64,000 bases of DNA from Nitrospira sp. (GCA_047150005.1 AP038806.1:768001-832000), one strand, 5' to 3'. Positions 30,806-41,234 are shown, counted from the stretch's first letter. Notes: generated by a model from the letters alone, not told the origin. Numbers and translations are program-made.

Positions 30806-30932
30806 TCGAACACCGACGAGTCCGAGTCGACGGTTTCTATCGATTTCCTTGATTTCGCAACAGCCTATGGCATGATGACGTTCGCATTCTGTCTTCATCG
30901 ATCGTCATCCTTTCGCATCGAGGAGCTCATTC

Positions 30933-31991
30933 ATGGATATTTCCAAGCTGCTGACGTTCTCCGCCAAAGAGGGGGCATCCGACTGCCACATCAGTGCCGG
31001 CGAGCCTCCGATGATTCGATTGCACGGCGACCTCAAGAAGCTGGATCATCCTCCTCTGACATCCGAGGAAACCCACGCGCTGATCTACGACATGATGAGC
31101 GACGCTCAGCGCAAGACGTTCGAGGAGAAGCGCGAGTGCGACTTCTCATTTGAGTTGGGCGACATCGCCCGGTTCCGGGTGAATGTGTTCGTGCAGAATC
31201 GGGGCCTTGGCGCGGTGTTTCGAAACATTCCGACCGAAATCATTCCGATGGAAAAGTTGGGCATGCCCCCGATTCTTCGCCAGCTGTGCGACAAGGAAAA
31301 GGGGCTCATTCTCGTCACGGGCCCGACAGGCTCCGGAAAATCCACCACGCTGGCGTCGATGGTCGATTACCTCAACAACACCTTCGAAGGTCACCTTATC
31401 ACGATCGAGGACCCCATTGAGTTCGTGCACAAGACGAAGAAATGTCTGGTGAATCAGCGCGAGCTCGGGGTGCATACCCTCTCGTTCGCCAATGCGCTGA
31501 GATCGGCGCTTCGCGAAGATCCCGACATCATCCTCGTCGGCGAAATGCGCGACCTTGAGACGATCCAACTGGCGCTCACCGCCGCCGAGACCGGCCACCT
31601 GGTGTTCGGCACACTGCACACGTCGAGCGCGCCGAAAACCATCGACCGCATCATCGACGCCTTTCCTCCCGCCCAACAAGCGCAAGTCCGCACGCAGCTC
31701 TCCGAGGCCTTGGAAGCGGTCATCACGCAAACCCTGCTCAAGAAGAAAGCCGGAGGCCGCGTGGCGGCTCTGGAGATCATGGTCGCCACGACCGCCATCC
31801 GCAACCTGATCCGTGAAGCGAAGCTGCATCAGATTCCCGGCATCATGCAGGCTAGTCAGAAAGACGGCATGCAGACCATGGACATGGCCTTGGTCGATCT
31901 GGCCATGCGCGGATTGGTGACCAAGGGCGAAGCCCAGTCGCGCAGCATGAACCCCAACCTCTTCGGAGGTCCCGCGGTCGGCGCGGCCTGA
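30933..31991 (+). CDS. pilT: Type IV pilus retraction ATPase
   Basis: GPTGSGKSTT, TIEDPIE, LREDPD, AIRNLIRE motif. Confidence 0.96.
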   Translation: MDISKLLTFSAKEGASDCHISAGEPPMIRLHGDLKKLDHPPLTSEETHALIYDMMSDAQRKTFEEKRECDFSFELGDIARFRVNVFVQNRGLGAVFRNIPTEIIPMEKLGMPPILRQLCDKEKGLILVTGPTGSGKSTTLASMVDYLNNTFEGHLITIEDPIEFVHKTKKCLVNQRELGVHTLSFANALRSALREDPDIILVGEMRDLETIQLALTAAETGHLVFGTLHTSSAPKTIDRIIDAFPPAQQAQVRTQLSEALEAVITQTLLKKKAGGRVAALEIMVATTAIRNLIREAKLHQIPGIMQASQKDGMQTMDMALVDLAMRGLVTKGEAQSRSMNPNLFGGPAVGAA

Positions 31992-32023
31992 CAGCCGGAA
32001 CTCGGAACCGGGAGCTCTACCAC

Positions 32024-33202
32024 ATGGATGTGCGGACATTGCTCAAGGTGATGGTCGATCAGGAAGCCTCGGATATGTACCTGACCGTCGACGCGCCTCC
32101 AACCTATCGCGTTCATGGCTCCACCAAGCCGGCCAACATGCCCCTGTTTACGAACGAGCAGCTCGAGGCACTGGCGCTGGCATTGATGAGAGGTCAACAG
32201 CGAGGTGAATTCGAAGAGAAGATGGAGATGAACCTGGCCCTCTACTACAAGGAACTCGGCCGGTTCCGGGTCAATATCTTCCGCCAGCGCGGCAATGTTG
32301 GGCTCGTCTTCCGGCACATCAAGGCCGAGATTCAGACGGTGGAACAGTTGAGACTGCCTCCGATCATCAAAGACATCGCCATGACGAAGCGCGGACTTGT
32401 CTTGGTCGTGGGCGCAACCGGATCAGGAAAGTCGACCAGCCTCGCCGCCATGATCGATTTCCGCAACGAGGTGCACCCGGGTCATATCATCACCGTCGAG
32501 GACCCCATCGAATTCGTCCATAACCACAAACAATCCTTGATCACTCAGCGCGAGGTCGGATTCGACACGCTCTCTTTTCAGAACGCCTTGAAGAACACGC
32601 TCCGCCAAGCTCCGGACGTGATCCTGATCGGAGAAATCCGGGACACGGAAACGATGGAAGCCGCCATCACGTTTGCGGAAACCGGTCATCTCTGCATCGG
32701 CACCCTTCACTCCAACAACGCCAACCAGGCGATCGAGCGCATCATGAACTTTTTCCCGGTCGAACGGCACGCCCAGATTTATCTGCAGCTCTCGCTCAAC
32801 CTGCGCGCGATCATTTCACAGCGGCTGGTGCCGTCCGTCGACGGCAAGCGGGTCCCGGCCCTCGAGATCATGATGGATACCCCGCGCATCAAGGACCTGA
32901 TCAAGAAGGCTGAGATCGATACCCTCAAGGAAGCCATGGAGCAAGGCATCGAGGAAGGGTGTCAGACCTTCGATCACGTGCTGCTTCACTTGTATAAGGA
33001 GGAGAAGATCAGCCTCGAACAGGCCCTGATCAATGCCGACAGCGCCAACAACTTGCGGTTGAAAATCAAGCTCGAAGGACTCAAGGGCGATGACGCCATC
33101 AACGCCCTCTTGGACAAGGGGCCCAACGCCACCGGCGAAGGCGCGGCCTTCAAACTGCAAGGCGGCCCCCCAAGCAACGTCACCCCCCTCCGAAAACGCT
33201 GA
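32024..33202 (+). CDS. pilU: PilT/PilU family ATPase
   Basis: GATGSGKSTS, LRQAPDVILIGEIRD, HSNNANQ; follows pilT. Confidence 0.92.
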   Translation: MDVRTLLKVMVDQEASDMYLTVDAPPTYRVHGSTKPANMPLFTNEQLEALALALMRGQQRGEFEEKMEMNLALYYKELGRFRVNIFRQRGNVGLVFRHIKAEIQTVEQLRLPPIIKDIAMTKRGLVLVVGATGSGKSTSLAAMIDFRNEVHPGHIITVEDPIEFVHNHKQSLITQREVGFDTLSFQNALKNTLRQAPDVILIGEIRDTETMEAAITFAETGHLCIGTLHSNNANQAIERIMNFFPVERHAQIYLQLSLNLRAIISQRLVPSVDGKRVPALEIMMDTPRIKDLIKKAEIDTLKEAMEQGIEEGCQTFDHVLLHLYKEEKISLEQALINADSANNLRLKIKLEGLKGDDAINALLDKGPNATGEGAAFKLQGGPPSNVTPLRKR

Positions 33203-33221
33203 ATCCGGCGCGCGCTTGAAC

Positions 33222-33716
33222 CTACCTGACCGACGCGCCGGTCTCCCCCGTTTGCCGTTCCAGATACGAGACGATTTTCTCCAAGGCCAACGCGCTCAAC
33301 TTGGCCCCGTACCAGGTGGGCATAGTGGCGGAGGGATACCCCGGCACCACGAACACACCGGGGTCTATGATCGACTCCGCGATGTACTCGGGAATGGTCG
33401 TGGCCGAGCCGTGATAGGAAGGATCTTTCAAGCGAGCCTCGCCGGTGCGTGCAAGGATCAGCGGCGGCCCGACCCTGCCGTTGGCCCCGGCCACTCCCGG
33501 AATTGCGTGACAGACGGGGCAGCCGGCGCGGGTAAAGATGACCTCGACCGGCTCTTCACCGGTGACAAGTGGAACCATCCCTGCGGCCAACGAGACCTGA
33601 GCGGAATCCTCCAGCGGGGGAGAAGAAGAGGGCGAGGGCGCACGGACGAAGAGGGTCCATAACAGCCCCAGGCCGATGACTGCGACGATCAGAATGCTGA
33701 CAGTTCGGTCAGACAT
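33222..33716 (-). CDS. Membrane-anchored c-type cytochrome
   Basis: CPVCH heme motif, GPPL, distal MP; N-terminal TM. Confidence 0.8.
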   Translation of the reverse strand: MSDRTVSILIVAVIGLGLLWTLFVRAPSPSSSPPLEDSAQVSLAAGMVPLVTGEEPVEVIFTRAGCPVCHAIPGVAGANGRVGPPLILARTGEARLKDPSYHGSATTIPEYIAESIIDPGVFVVPGYPSATMPTWYGAKLSALALEKIVSYLERQTGETGASVR

Positions 33717-33825
33717 GCGAGAGGGTCGGTCGACGACGATTTCCAGAGGATGACGGTCCCTACGGCAACGTGACGGGCATGCGGTCGTCCGCCATCATCG
33801 ATTGCGGAGACCGTGGGACGACGCC

Positions 33826-34683
33826 TCATTTGTCCGCAGTCATGGCGCACCGGAACCCAATGGTGCGGTCCTCGAATTCCGGTTCCGCGGAAAACCGGGC
33901 GGTGACGCGGAGCGCCGGCGGCAAGTCGGCCCATGAACCGCCTCGTATCACGCGCTTTTCTCCCTTGGATGGACCGGTCGGATTCTTCTCGGGACTCTGC
34001 TGATAGAATTCACGATCATACCAGTCCGCCACCCACTCCGAGGCGTTTCCCGCCATGTGAGCCAGTCCATAGGGACTCTTGCCTCCGGTCTTGAGACCGT
34101 GGCGTACGCTCATCCCTTCAAGCCCACTCGTGACGGAGACTAAGGTGACGGCCTCACTGACCCATACCCCACGATTATAGTTCGCGATGTCGACAAACGG
34201 CTGCATGTGTCCCCACGGATACCGGCGCCCGTCGGTGCCGCGTGCTGCCTTCTCCCACTCCGCTTCGGTCGGCAGCCGCTTGCCCACCCATTCGCAATAG
34301 GCAGTTGCATCGTCCCATTTCATTCCAACCGCCGGACGGTCCCCGACAGTCGTCGCCGCTTCATCGTCCCATGTGGGAGGTGAATCGTGGTTACCCGATT
34401 CCAGAAACTTCCTGTAGAGACTCAGGGTCACCTCGTATTGATCGATATAGTAGTTGTCCAGCAGAACCTGATGTTCGGGCCGCTCGTTTGGGAGTCCTTC
34501 ATTGCTACCCATTTTGAACGCACCGGCCGGGATCAGAATCATCGGAGCCCCGTCCTTTCCCGCCACCGTCTTGGTGTCTGCCGCCTGCCCGTCCTTCATC
34601 GGCTCCGGTGACGCAGCAGCGAGGGACAACACTCCCACCGCCACGGCCGCAAGGCAATAGCCGAACCTGTATCCATTTTCCAT
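33826..34683 (-). CDS. Formylglycine-generating enzyme (FGE-sulfatase) family protein
   Basis: FKMGS, RLPTEAEWEKAARG, MAGNASEW, RGGSW, GFRC. Confidence 0.9.
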   Translation of the reverse strand: MENGYRFGYCLAAVAVGVLSLAAASPEPMKDGQAADTKTVAGKDGAPMILIPAGAFKMGSNEGLPNERPEHQVLLDNYYIDQYEVTLSLYRKFLESGNHDSPPTWDDEAATTVGDRPAVGMKWDDATAYCEWVGKRLPTEAEWEKAARGTDGRRYPWGHMQPFVDIANYNRGVWVSEAVTLVSVTSGLEGMSVRHGLKTGGKSPYGLAHMAGNASEWVADWYDREFYQQSPEKNPTGPSKGEKRVIRGGSWADLPPALRVTARFSAEPEFEDRTIGFRCAMTADK

Positions 34684-34968
34684 CGGCCCCTCCATCCGCG
34701 AGAAGTCTGGTCCATGCCAAGGTCCCAAGTCTACTGAGACTGTCGGGCAAACTCAATTGAGTCGCTCATCTCCTGTCCCGCGAGGTTCCTATCCCATGCC
34801 CGCGTACTGTCTCGTCTGTAGGCAACCGACTACAACCTATCCTCCCAAAAAGACAGCGATTAATCGACTTGTCACCTGAATACCTACAGTTTCTTCATAT
34901 GCACGCATTCATCGGACGCGTTTCACCGCTGATTTGCAGGGTTTTCTGCCCTTTGCTTTCTCGCCGCG

Positions 34969-34984
34969 CGGCACACACATTGCG
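34969..34984 (+). promoter_or_regulatory. Putative sigma-54 promoter
   Basis: CGGCACACACATTGCG, GG-N10-GC, about 160 bp upstream of the 35143 CDS. Confidence 0.5.
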
Positions 34985-35142
34985 TAAGGCCTGCACTGAC
35001 AGTTCGAATAGTTACCCCCTGCGACTTCTTCACGGATCACGAGTTCGCCGACATTCCGGCACAGACTCCTGCCTCCTGTGAGAACCGCCTTCTGCGAGAC
35101 AGTCCGCTGTCCCGTCGAGGAAGAAGCAAAAGGAGTATCGAT

Positions 35143-36051
35143 ATGAAGTGGTTGAACGCGATAGCGGGTGTTCTGATCCTGTGTTCAGGGACAGCAGAAG
35201 CGGCGACATTGACGTGGAACGCCAATACTGAGGCGGACCTCGCGGGATATCGTGTCTACCAATGCAGCGGGACAACCTGCAGCAAATCCACCGGAAGCAT
35301 CCTGACGACATTGGGAAAGGTGACAAGCTTTAATGTCGGAACCCCCGTCGTCACACAATCGTATTTCATCACGGCTTTCGACTCGAAGAACAACGAGTCC
35401 GGCAGCAGCAATGTCGTGACGTATACGGCGTCCGGTTCAACACCTCCGCCTCCCCCACCGTCTTCAATACAGGCGGTCCAGCTGACAGTCGTCGGGAATC
35501 CATCCACAGGACCGTGGGGCGTTTCAGCCACGATTTCTGACACGCGAGATCTTATGGCGAAGGTGCACTTAGATGGTACCTATCACAACACCGAGAACGT
35601 GGCACCATGGAGCTTCCCCACCGATAACGGTGTTTCCGTGACTCTGGCTAAATTCGGCACCGGCATGCATACGGTGGAGTTCATCTTCTATTTGCAGAAC
35701 ACGACGACGGAGGTCGGCCGTGCGAGCATAACCGTACAGGAAGGAACCACGGCTTCCACACCACCGTCAGTGGGGGTCGTCACTCTGATCGTGGTCGGCA
35801 ATCCAGCGACCGGCCCATGGGGTGTCGCAGGGGAAATCAAGGATTCACGAGACGTGATGGCCAAAATCTACCTGGATGGGACGTACCATCACGTCGAAAA
35901 CATATGGCCCTACGGCTTCCCGAGCGACAACGGCGTGACGGCCACAACGGCTAAGTTCGGCAGGGGCTCGCATACGGTACAATTCATCTTTTATCTGCAG
36001 AACACGACGACCGAGATTGGGCGTGCCAGTGTGACGGTCAACGAGGGCTGA
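35143..36051 (+). CDS. Secreted protein: FN3-like domain, poly-Pro linker, two tandem ~88-aa beta-rich repeats
   Basis: Signal peptide (AEA), LTWNANTEADLAGYRVY...ES..SN, duplicated VVGNP.TGPWGV...GRAS.TV.EG; AAGGAG RBS. Confidence 0.8.
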   Translation: MKWLNAIAGVLILCSGTAEAATLTWNANTEADLAGYRVYQCSGTTCSKSTGSILTTLGKVTSFNVGTPVVTQSYFITAFDSKNNESGSSNVVTYTASGSTPPPPPPSSIQAVQLTVVGNPSTGPWGVSATISDTRDLMAKVHLDGTYHNTENVAPWSFPTDNGVSVTLAKFGTGMHTVEFIFYLQNTTTEVGRASITVQEGTTASTPPSVGVVTLIVVGNPATGPWGVAGEIKDSRDVMAKIYLDGTYHHVENIWPYGFPSDNGVTATTAKFGRGSHTVQFIFYLQNTTTEIGRASVTVNEG

Positions 36052-36168
36052 GCAGCGGGAAAGCGCTACGTCGCCTCGACGGTTAGAACTGACATTCATA
36101 CAGTCTGTCCAGCCATACGGGCAATGCGTGCGAGCGGATAGTTGGAGTCCCTGACTGTTTCTTCGTGT

Positions 36169-36213
36169 CGATAGGGCTGAGGTCGCATTGTCGACCTCAG
36201 CCCTTGTCGTTTC
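36169..36213 (+). terminator. Rho-independent terminator
   Basis: Perfect 13-bp stem AGGGCTGAGGTCG/CGACCTCAGCCCT followed by a short T run. Confidence 0.7.
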
Positions 36214-36373
36214 ATCCATTCCTTCCCATTTCTTGTCAGCGAGCCATGCGTGACGAGCCGCATGGCATGGATTGCTGAAGCAATCCCTCATCCGGAGGTG
36301 CATTGACAGCATAGCTGTTCCTGAGGGAGAACTATCAGACCATGCCTATGCGCCGGAGAGAAAGGGGTGTCGT

Positions 36374-36646
36374 ATGAAATCGTTCCTGCTGCTTCTGGCT
36401 GGACTCGCAAGCGTGTCCTGCATCGCAGATCCACGGACGGAGTTCATGGGACCGAATGGCAAGATGGTCGCAGCCGTGAGCTGTAACGGATGGTTCCAAA
36501 CGATGGACGATTGCCGACAACGCGCCGAGGACGTATGCCCGGCAGGGTACGAGCCGATTCGCCTTGCATCAGGAGCCGAGATCGTTTCGAAACGAGGGGG
36601 CGTGGGAGATACACCGTCGCAGAGAATGACGATTGCGTGCCGGTAG
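36374..36646 (+). CDS. Small Cys-rich lipoprotein
   Basis: Signal peptide ending VSC; C..A...CP.GY pattern. Confidence 0.65.
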   Translation: MKSFLLLLAGLASVSCIADPRTEFMGPNGKMVAAVSCNGWFQTMDDCRQRAEDVCPAGYEPIRLASGAEIVSKRGGVGDTPSQRMTIACR

Positions 36647-36702
36647 CCGTGACACGGCTGCTCGTGAGTTGACCTGTCTTGTACACCGGAAGGGAGGTTA
36701 CG

Positions 36703-36978
36703 ATGAACAAGGGACGGCTGTTAATGACGATACTCCTGCTCGTCATCACAGGCTGTGAGTCTCACACCTGGCCATTGAGATACACCAATCCGTTGATTGC
36801 CGATGCGAAACAAGGTCAGGATTGTAGGCACCTCGTGTTCGGGTTGGGTGGCATGGCGGATGTGACCGGGACAAAGGCAATGCGCCAGGGCGGGATTACC
36901 ACGCTTCGGAGTGCTGAGTATCAGGTGAACACGATTCAAGGCCTGGGACGCGAGTGCGTCGTCGCGCACGGAGAATAG
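36703..36978 (+). CDS. Small lipoprotein (TRL-like)
   Basis: GGAGG RBS, ITGC lipobox, G.DC...FG, terminal CVVAHGE. Confidence 0.65.
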   Translation: MNKGRLLMTILLLVITGCESHTWPLRYTNPLIADAKQGQDCRHLVFGLGGMADVTGTKAMRQGGITTLRSAEYQVNTIQGLGRECVVAHGE

Positions 36979-37194
36979 CGAGGACAGAATCGTCGGCCTC
37001 TCACCCCTCCCCACGCGTGACCTAATTGTCGTGGAGCGCAGACAATCCGATCATTCTTGGTAGCCCTCGTCCACTTTCCTTGGCTCGTTTTGACAAGTCC
37101 CTCTTCAGTAGCAGACACTGACCAACATCGACTCAACGAGTATGAGCTAGGCACTCGATGAGGCCTATTTCAACGAAGGACCTAGACCCCCACT

Positions 37195-38508
37195 GTGCAA
37201 ACGCCGCTGCAAGCGCTGTCGCGATCCGCTTCGGCCCGCTGTCTTGAGTGGGCTTTTGTCTGTGCGCTCCTGGTGGCCTGCTCCGCAGCCAAAGAGCGAG
37301 AGGCCCTTCCCTCCCTATCGCCAGGACCGCTTGGATGGGAAGTGCCGCCTCTCTTCTCTGCAGCGGGGCTGCTCACACCCCATTGGCTCAAAGGGTTTCA
37401 CCACTCCGTTCAAGACGAAGTGGTGAACGACGGCGCCCAATATCATTTTGTGGTGAGCTCAGGATCCGGGACGTTTCCTGCGGTCGGTCTGCCTATGCTT
37501 CGAACTCAAGTCATAGAAACCGAGGCCATTGCGGCGTTGAAGGATGTGCGTCAATCGGAGGTGTTTGTCGATGCCCTCAAGTTCCAACTATTACACCCCC
37601 TGCAGGGGTTGAAGATTATGCTCACGGAGCCTAGGCGTTTCGGGACGAGTGTCGGGGGCGGAGTCTTGGAGTTTCTCGCCATGCCCGGACAATTTAGCAA
37701 GTTTGAGGGGAGCGACCAGGAAGATTCCATGACGAAATCGGCTATCGGCTTTTCGTATCTGAAGCGAAAAATAGCCTTTCAGTTCGGGGTCGATCCCTAT
37801 TCATCTAATCCTGCTTTGCAGGACGAACTGAATGAATTGAGCTGGGTCGCTTTCACCGCCGATCTCGCCCCTCAGATCGGATATGTGTTTATGCCAGCCA
37901 GCGCCATTATGTGGATGACCTTTAGCGCGACTCGCTGGACGTCCTACCTCGATGAACAGGTCCGCGACCATTCACCGAGCGATCTGCGGACCATGGACCG
38001 AGCTAAATTGCTGAAGATGGGAATCAGTGAAGAGGACATCCATCGGTTCTTCCTCAACAGTCACTATTCACCGAGACACTCGATTGTCATTACGACGGCG
38101 CTAGATGAACTCACCGGTGTTGATGACCGAGAGGCCTTTCTAGCCGTAGCCGGGGAGGCAAATTCTGAGGAACTGGTCTTATTCTACCAGCACGTGGTGG
38201 AAATGATGCGCGGCTATCACGTGCACATAGGAGCCGTTGATCGGCTGCTGGTACTACCGAGAATTCCGGCTCTCTATACCAAGAACAAGACGCTCGTGGT
38301 GATGCTGCCCGTCGACTATTTGTTTTGGACCTCGCGCGTCGCATCGGTCGCTCAGGCCCTGACGACGCATGTACCCAGTCGACCTCGTATCGCCCAGCGA
38401 GAACTCTGGGTCGCCGGGAATGTCTCCCCGCGCGCCAGGCAGGAACTTGAATTGCTTGGATGGACCGTGTACGAGCAGGTCTCAGCAAAGCTTAATCCAG
38501 AATCGTGA
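37195..38508 (+). CDS. Hypothetical lipoprotein
   Basis: 437-aa ORF with LVAC lipobox. Confidence 0.7.
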   Translation: MQTPLQALSRSASARCLEWAFVCALLVACSAAKEREALPSLSPGPLGWEVPPLFSAAGLLTPHWLKGFHHSVQDEVVNDGAQYHFVVSSGSGTFPAVGLPMLRTQVIETEAIAALKDVRQSEVFVDALKFQLLHPLQGLKIMLTEPRRFGTSVGGGVLEFLAMPGQFSKFEGSDQEDSMTKSAIGFSYLKRKIAFQFGVDPYSSNPALQDELNELSWVAFTADLAPQIGYVFMPASAIMWMTFSATRWTSYLDEQVRDHSPSDLRTMDRAKLLKMGISEEDIHRFFLNSHYSPRHSIVITTALDELTGVDDREAFLAVAGEANSEELVLFYQHVVEMMRGYHVHIGAVDRLLVLPRIPALYTKNKTLVVMLPVDYLFWTSRVASVAQALTTHVPSRPRIAQRELWVAGNVSPRARQELELLGWTVYEQVSAKLNPES

Positions 38509-38702
38509 CAGAACACTGATCTGCCTCCATAGCTGGCATCACATACAGCGTTCTACGTCGTCGTCTAACTTCCAACAATTCAACACACAATCCGAGCGCC
38601 TATTACGAGGGTGGGCGAACTGCTTTATCCTCCCCGCTGCCCGGCCTCGATTCATTGCCGCGACTCTACAGGTGGTTAAGGAACGGCGTTGTATAATGGC
38701 GT

Positions 38703-39302
38703 ATGCGCGTCTGGACAATAGTCTGCCTTATGGCTCTCTTGCAGACCGACTGCGCGACGCAAACAGAACTCATTTCAGGACCGTCCGACACACCGGCAAC
38801 AGTTTCTGTGGCCCGTGCGATCGCCATCATCACCGGGGAACGAGGCCGGAAATTTCCGCCAGCCATTCGCTCGCTCGAATTCCTGAACAGAGACACGAAC
38901 GAGCGGTTTCTCGTGCAGACCGAGTCGGACGATAGTCACTTCATGGTCTCGTTGCCACCGGGGGAATACGAGCTTAATCGTGTGCAAATCACTGAAGGTC
39001 CGTTTATGTCCATGGCTCAACTGAATGCACATTTCTCCATCACCGAAACACCGATCACCTATCTGGGAACCTGGCGTTTCGGCATCGATTCTCCCAAGTA
39101 TGGTCGTATGGTGTCGGTGTCAATCATCGAGGATGACGACGAGCGAGCTGACGCTGTTCGAGCTCTCGAGCGTTTGTATCCGGATATGACCGACGCCCTG
39201 ATCGCAACCGTACTACCGGAACCCAGCGAGCAGCAGGTACGGCTGTACGAAGTCGCCCTCTACCCTCGGATTCCACGGTATTTTCGCCGCCACTGGTGGT
39301 AA
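38703..39302 (+). CDS. Hypothetical lipoprotein
   Basis: Signal peptide with Cys; LPPGEY..., ITYLGT beta-rich domain. Confidence 0.7.
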   Translation: MRVWTIVCLMALLQTDCATQTELISGPSDTPATVSVARAIAIITGERGRKFPPAIRSLEFLNRDTNERFLVQTESDDSHFMVSLPPGEYELNRVQITEGPFMSMAQLNAHFSITETPITYLGTWRFGIDSPKYGRMVSVSIIEDDDERADAVRALERLYPDMTDALIATVLPEPSEQQVRLYEVALYPRIPRYFRRHWW

Positions 39303-39378
39303 TGCCGGTCAGGGAAGCCGTGACCTGCTCTCTTCGGGACGGCGCAGGCTCAGAAGAACATGACAGAACAAAGCGCTC

Positions 39379-39728
39379 GTGATTGAACTCGACCGGTTCA
39401 GCCAGCCGGCGGATGTCGTGGCGTTGGACGAAGCGCGACTGAAGCGGGAACTTCGGAGCCGGGTGAAGGATGCGAAGACCTTGCTCGACCGCCAACGGTC
39501 AGAAGCCCGGCAGGTCCTCCGGAAGCTCTTCCATCAGCCGCTACGGTTTGAAGTGTTCGAAACGGAAGACGGACAGAAGGGCTACAAGGTTACTGGGCAG
39601 GGCTCCTACCTCTCACTGCTGCCAGTACGTGACCTCATTGTGGTGTCCCCAACGGGATTAGAGGCTCTTGTAAAGACCTGAATGCCTCGTGGGGTATCCC
39701 TTTTAAAGGATTTGTGATCGCCGCCTGA
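39379..39728 (+). pseudogene. Probable C-terminal remnant of a large serine recombinase reading through the att core
   Basis: EARQVLRKLFHQPLRF...GYKVTGQG...VVSPTG resembles C-termini of tRNA-targeting serine recombinases (from recall, not searched); no catalytic N-terminus; 1-bp deletion near 39665 relative to the other arm copies. Confidence 0.55.
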
Positions 39729-39870
39729 CCTGCGGTTGACGAATTTCAGAAGATCCAACCTCAGACAACCTAAGCCTGCAAGAGACCACAAACCCGGATG
39801 CTTCCGACATGGGGCCAGATGGCGCCAATTTGTCCTGTCCTGGTAGCAGCGCGGTAGCAGACGAGGATAG
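39641..39870. repeat. att-like junction A: tRNA-Glu 3' core plus right arm
   Basis: TGGTGTCCCCAACGGGATT (19/19 identical to 58563-58581), then an arm homologous to copies B, C and E. Confidence 0.92.
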
Positions 39871-39912
39871 CGAACGGCTCGTTCATTAAGAGGCGGTTTT
39901 CGTCTCAAAGAT

Positions 39913-40684
39913 CTATTGGTTGATATGGGATTGAGCATAGCGCAATGGATCTGGCGAGACCTTGATGAGACCGTCGAATGGCCCATCCAACTCCAACACT
40001 AAGAATAGGGCGCTACTCACCGAAATAGCACAAACGAAAAGGACTGCGAGAACTGTGCCGTTTCGTGGGGAGAACAACCCAAAACTCGTGAACGTAATCG
40101 TGAGCCAGAATACGAGGACAGAAAGGAATAGCACAGGAACAGATGATTGGAGGCCGATGGCCGCGAGCCATTTAGCCTGCAACACCGTTTCAATCAACTC
40201 CGATGCAGCGGGACTGGGCAGCCCGCTGCGAATTATCGCCAGGCTGGAGAGCTCGAATTGCCTCAGCCACCTCTTCCACTGATGCGAAGCTGATTTTCAC
40301 TGGCCGTTGATCCATATGGCCGGATTCTGATAGGTCATGTGACCAAATTGCGTCGATTCGTGCGGCAACTAACTCTTTCAAGCCCTCGCGAATCACGCCG
40401 GTCTCAGATCCGTAACGAGCGAGGGCACGGTCCACAGCGAGGATGTTCATGGCCGCCTGTTTTACTGCTGCACTGCCTGAATCAAACGAGCTTTTGGCAG
40501 CGGCTGTCACGAGGCCTAGAACCAGCGCGGTCATTGTGGCGATCAGCCCGATCCCAACTTTCACGGTGTCTTTAGATTCGGCTTCCACGTGATCCTTGGG
40601 CAAGATGGAACGCAGCCACATGCCCAAGACCACACCCCCGAATACACAGGCGAATACCGCAAGGCTGGCGCCAATAGGACTCAC
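39913..40684 (-). pseudogene. DUF4239-like membrane protein, frameshifted
   Basis: Overlapping ORFs 40190-40684 and 39913-40197 join into one protein (ALVLGL...AKSSFD; SFGLFSPRN...LELDGPFDGLI). Confidence 0.7.
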
Positions 40685-40797
40685 CTTGGGATGTCCTTAA
40701 TACCTTCTTCTTAGACCCGTGAATGAATGAGCAACAAACTGCGAACAATCAAGCAGGTGGTACTGTAGCGCGCAGTGAGGTGGCACCCCGGACATCT

Positions 40798-40833
40798 TGT
40801 CCTGATAGCGGCGAGGTGGCACAACGACGATAG
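40798..40833. repeat. Isolated degenerate copy of the right-arm distal motif
   Basis: TGTCCTGATAGCGGCGAGGTGGCACAACGACGATAG vs 39836-39870 TGTCCTGGTAGCAGCGCGGTAGCAGACGAGGATAG. Confidence 0.55.
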
Positions 40834-40835
40834 GT

Positions 40836-41222
40836 TCATAGCTGTGCGGCCTCACGGCGGGCAAAATACTGATAGGCGGCCACGCTGAAGAAATTGGTGC
40901 CCACCGCGATGAAATTCCAAAGGACAACGGGGCGTGACCCGATCAACAAGCCATAGTAGACCCACACGATTTGAAACGTGCCCATAATCGCCGCCATTCG
41001 CGGATTCATGCCTTTGCTTGATCTGCGTTTCAGCATGGCGATCAAATCTGGCAGAGCCGCAAAGGTCGTTCCCAATCCTGCGATGAAGCCCACGACTTCT
41101 GAGCGGCGGAACCGGGGGAAGAACAGACTCTCTGTATCCTGGATGCCCAATTCCGCACAGCCTGCAAGACTGGTCACGATACAAAGACAAAACAGGATGT
41201 GGGGTCTTTTTGGAGAATCCAT
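40836..41222 (-). CDS. SemiSWEET/PQ-loop family small membrane protein
   Basis: GFIAGLGTTFAALP...WVYYGLL...PVVLWN three-TM pattern. Confidence 0.7.
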   Translation of the reverse strand: MDSPKRPHILFCLCIVTSLAGCAELGIQDTESLFFPRFRRSEVVGFIAGLGTTFAALPDLIAMLKRRSSKGMNPRMAAIMGTFQIVWVYYGLLIGSRPVVLWNFIAVGTNFFSVAAYQYFARREAAQL

Positions 41223-41234
41223 CTTAGCTCCGTG

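Noticed and set aside
31146..32039. Long antisense ORFs (also 56841-58004, 60048-60962, 61196-62332)
   Set aside because: Shadow frames opposite well-supported GC-rich genes, with no motifs of their own.
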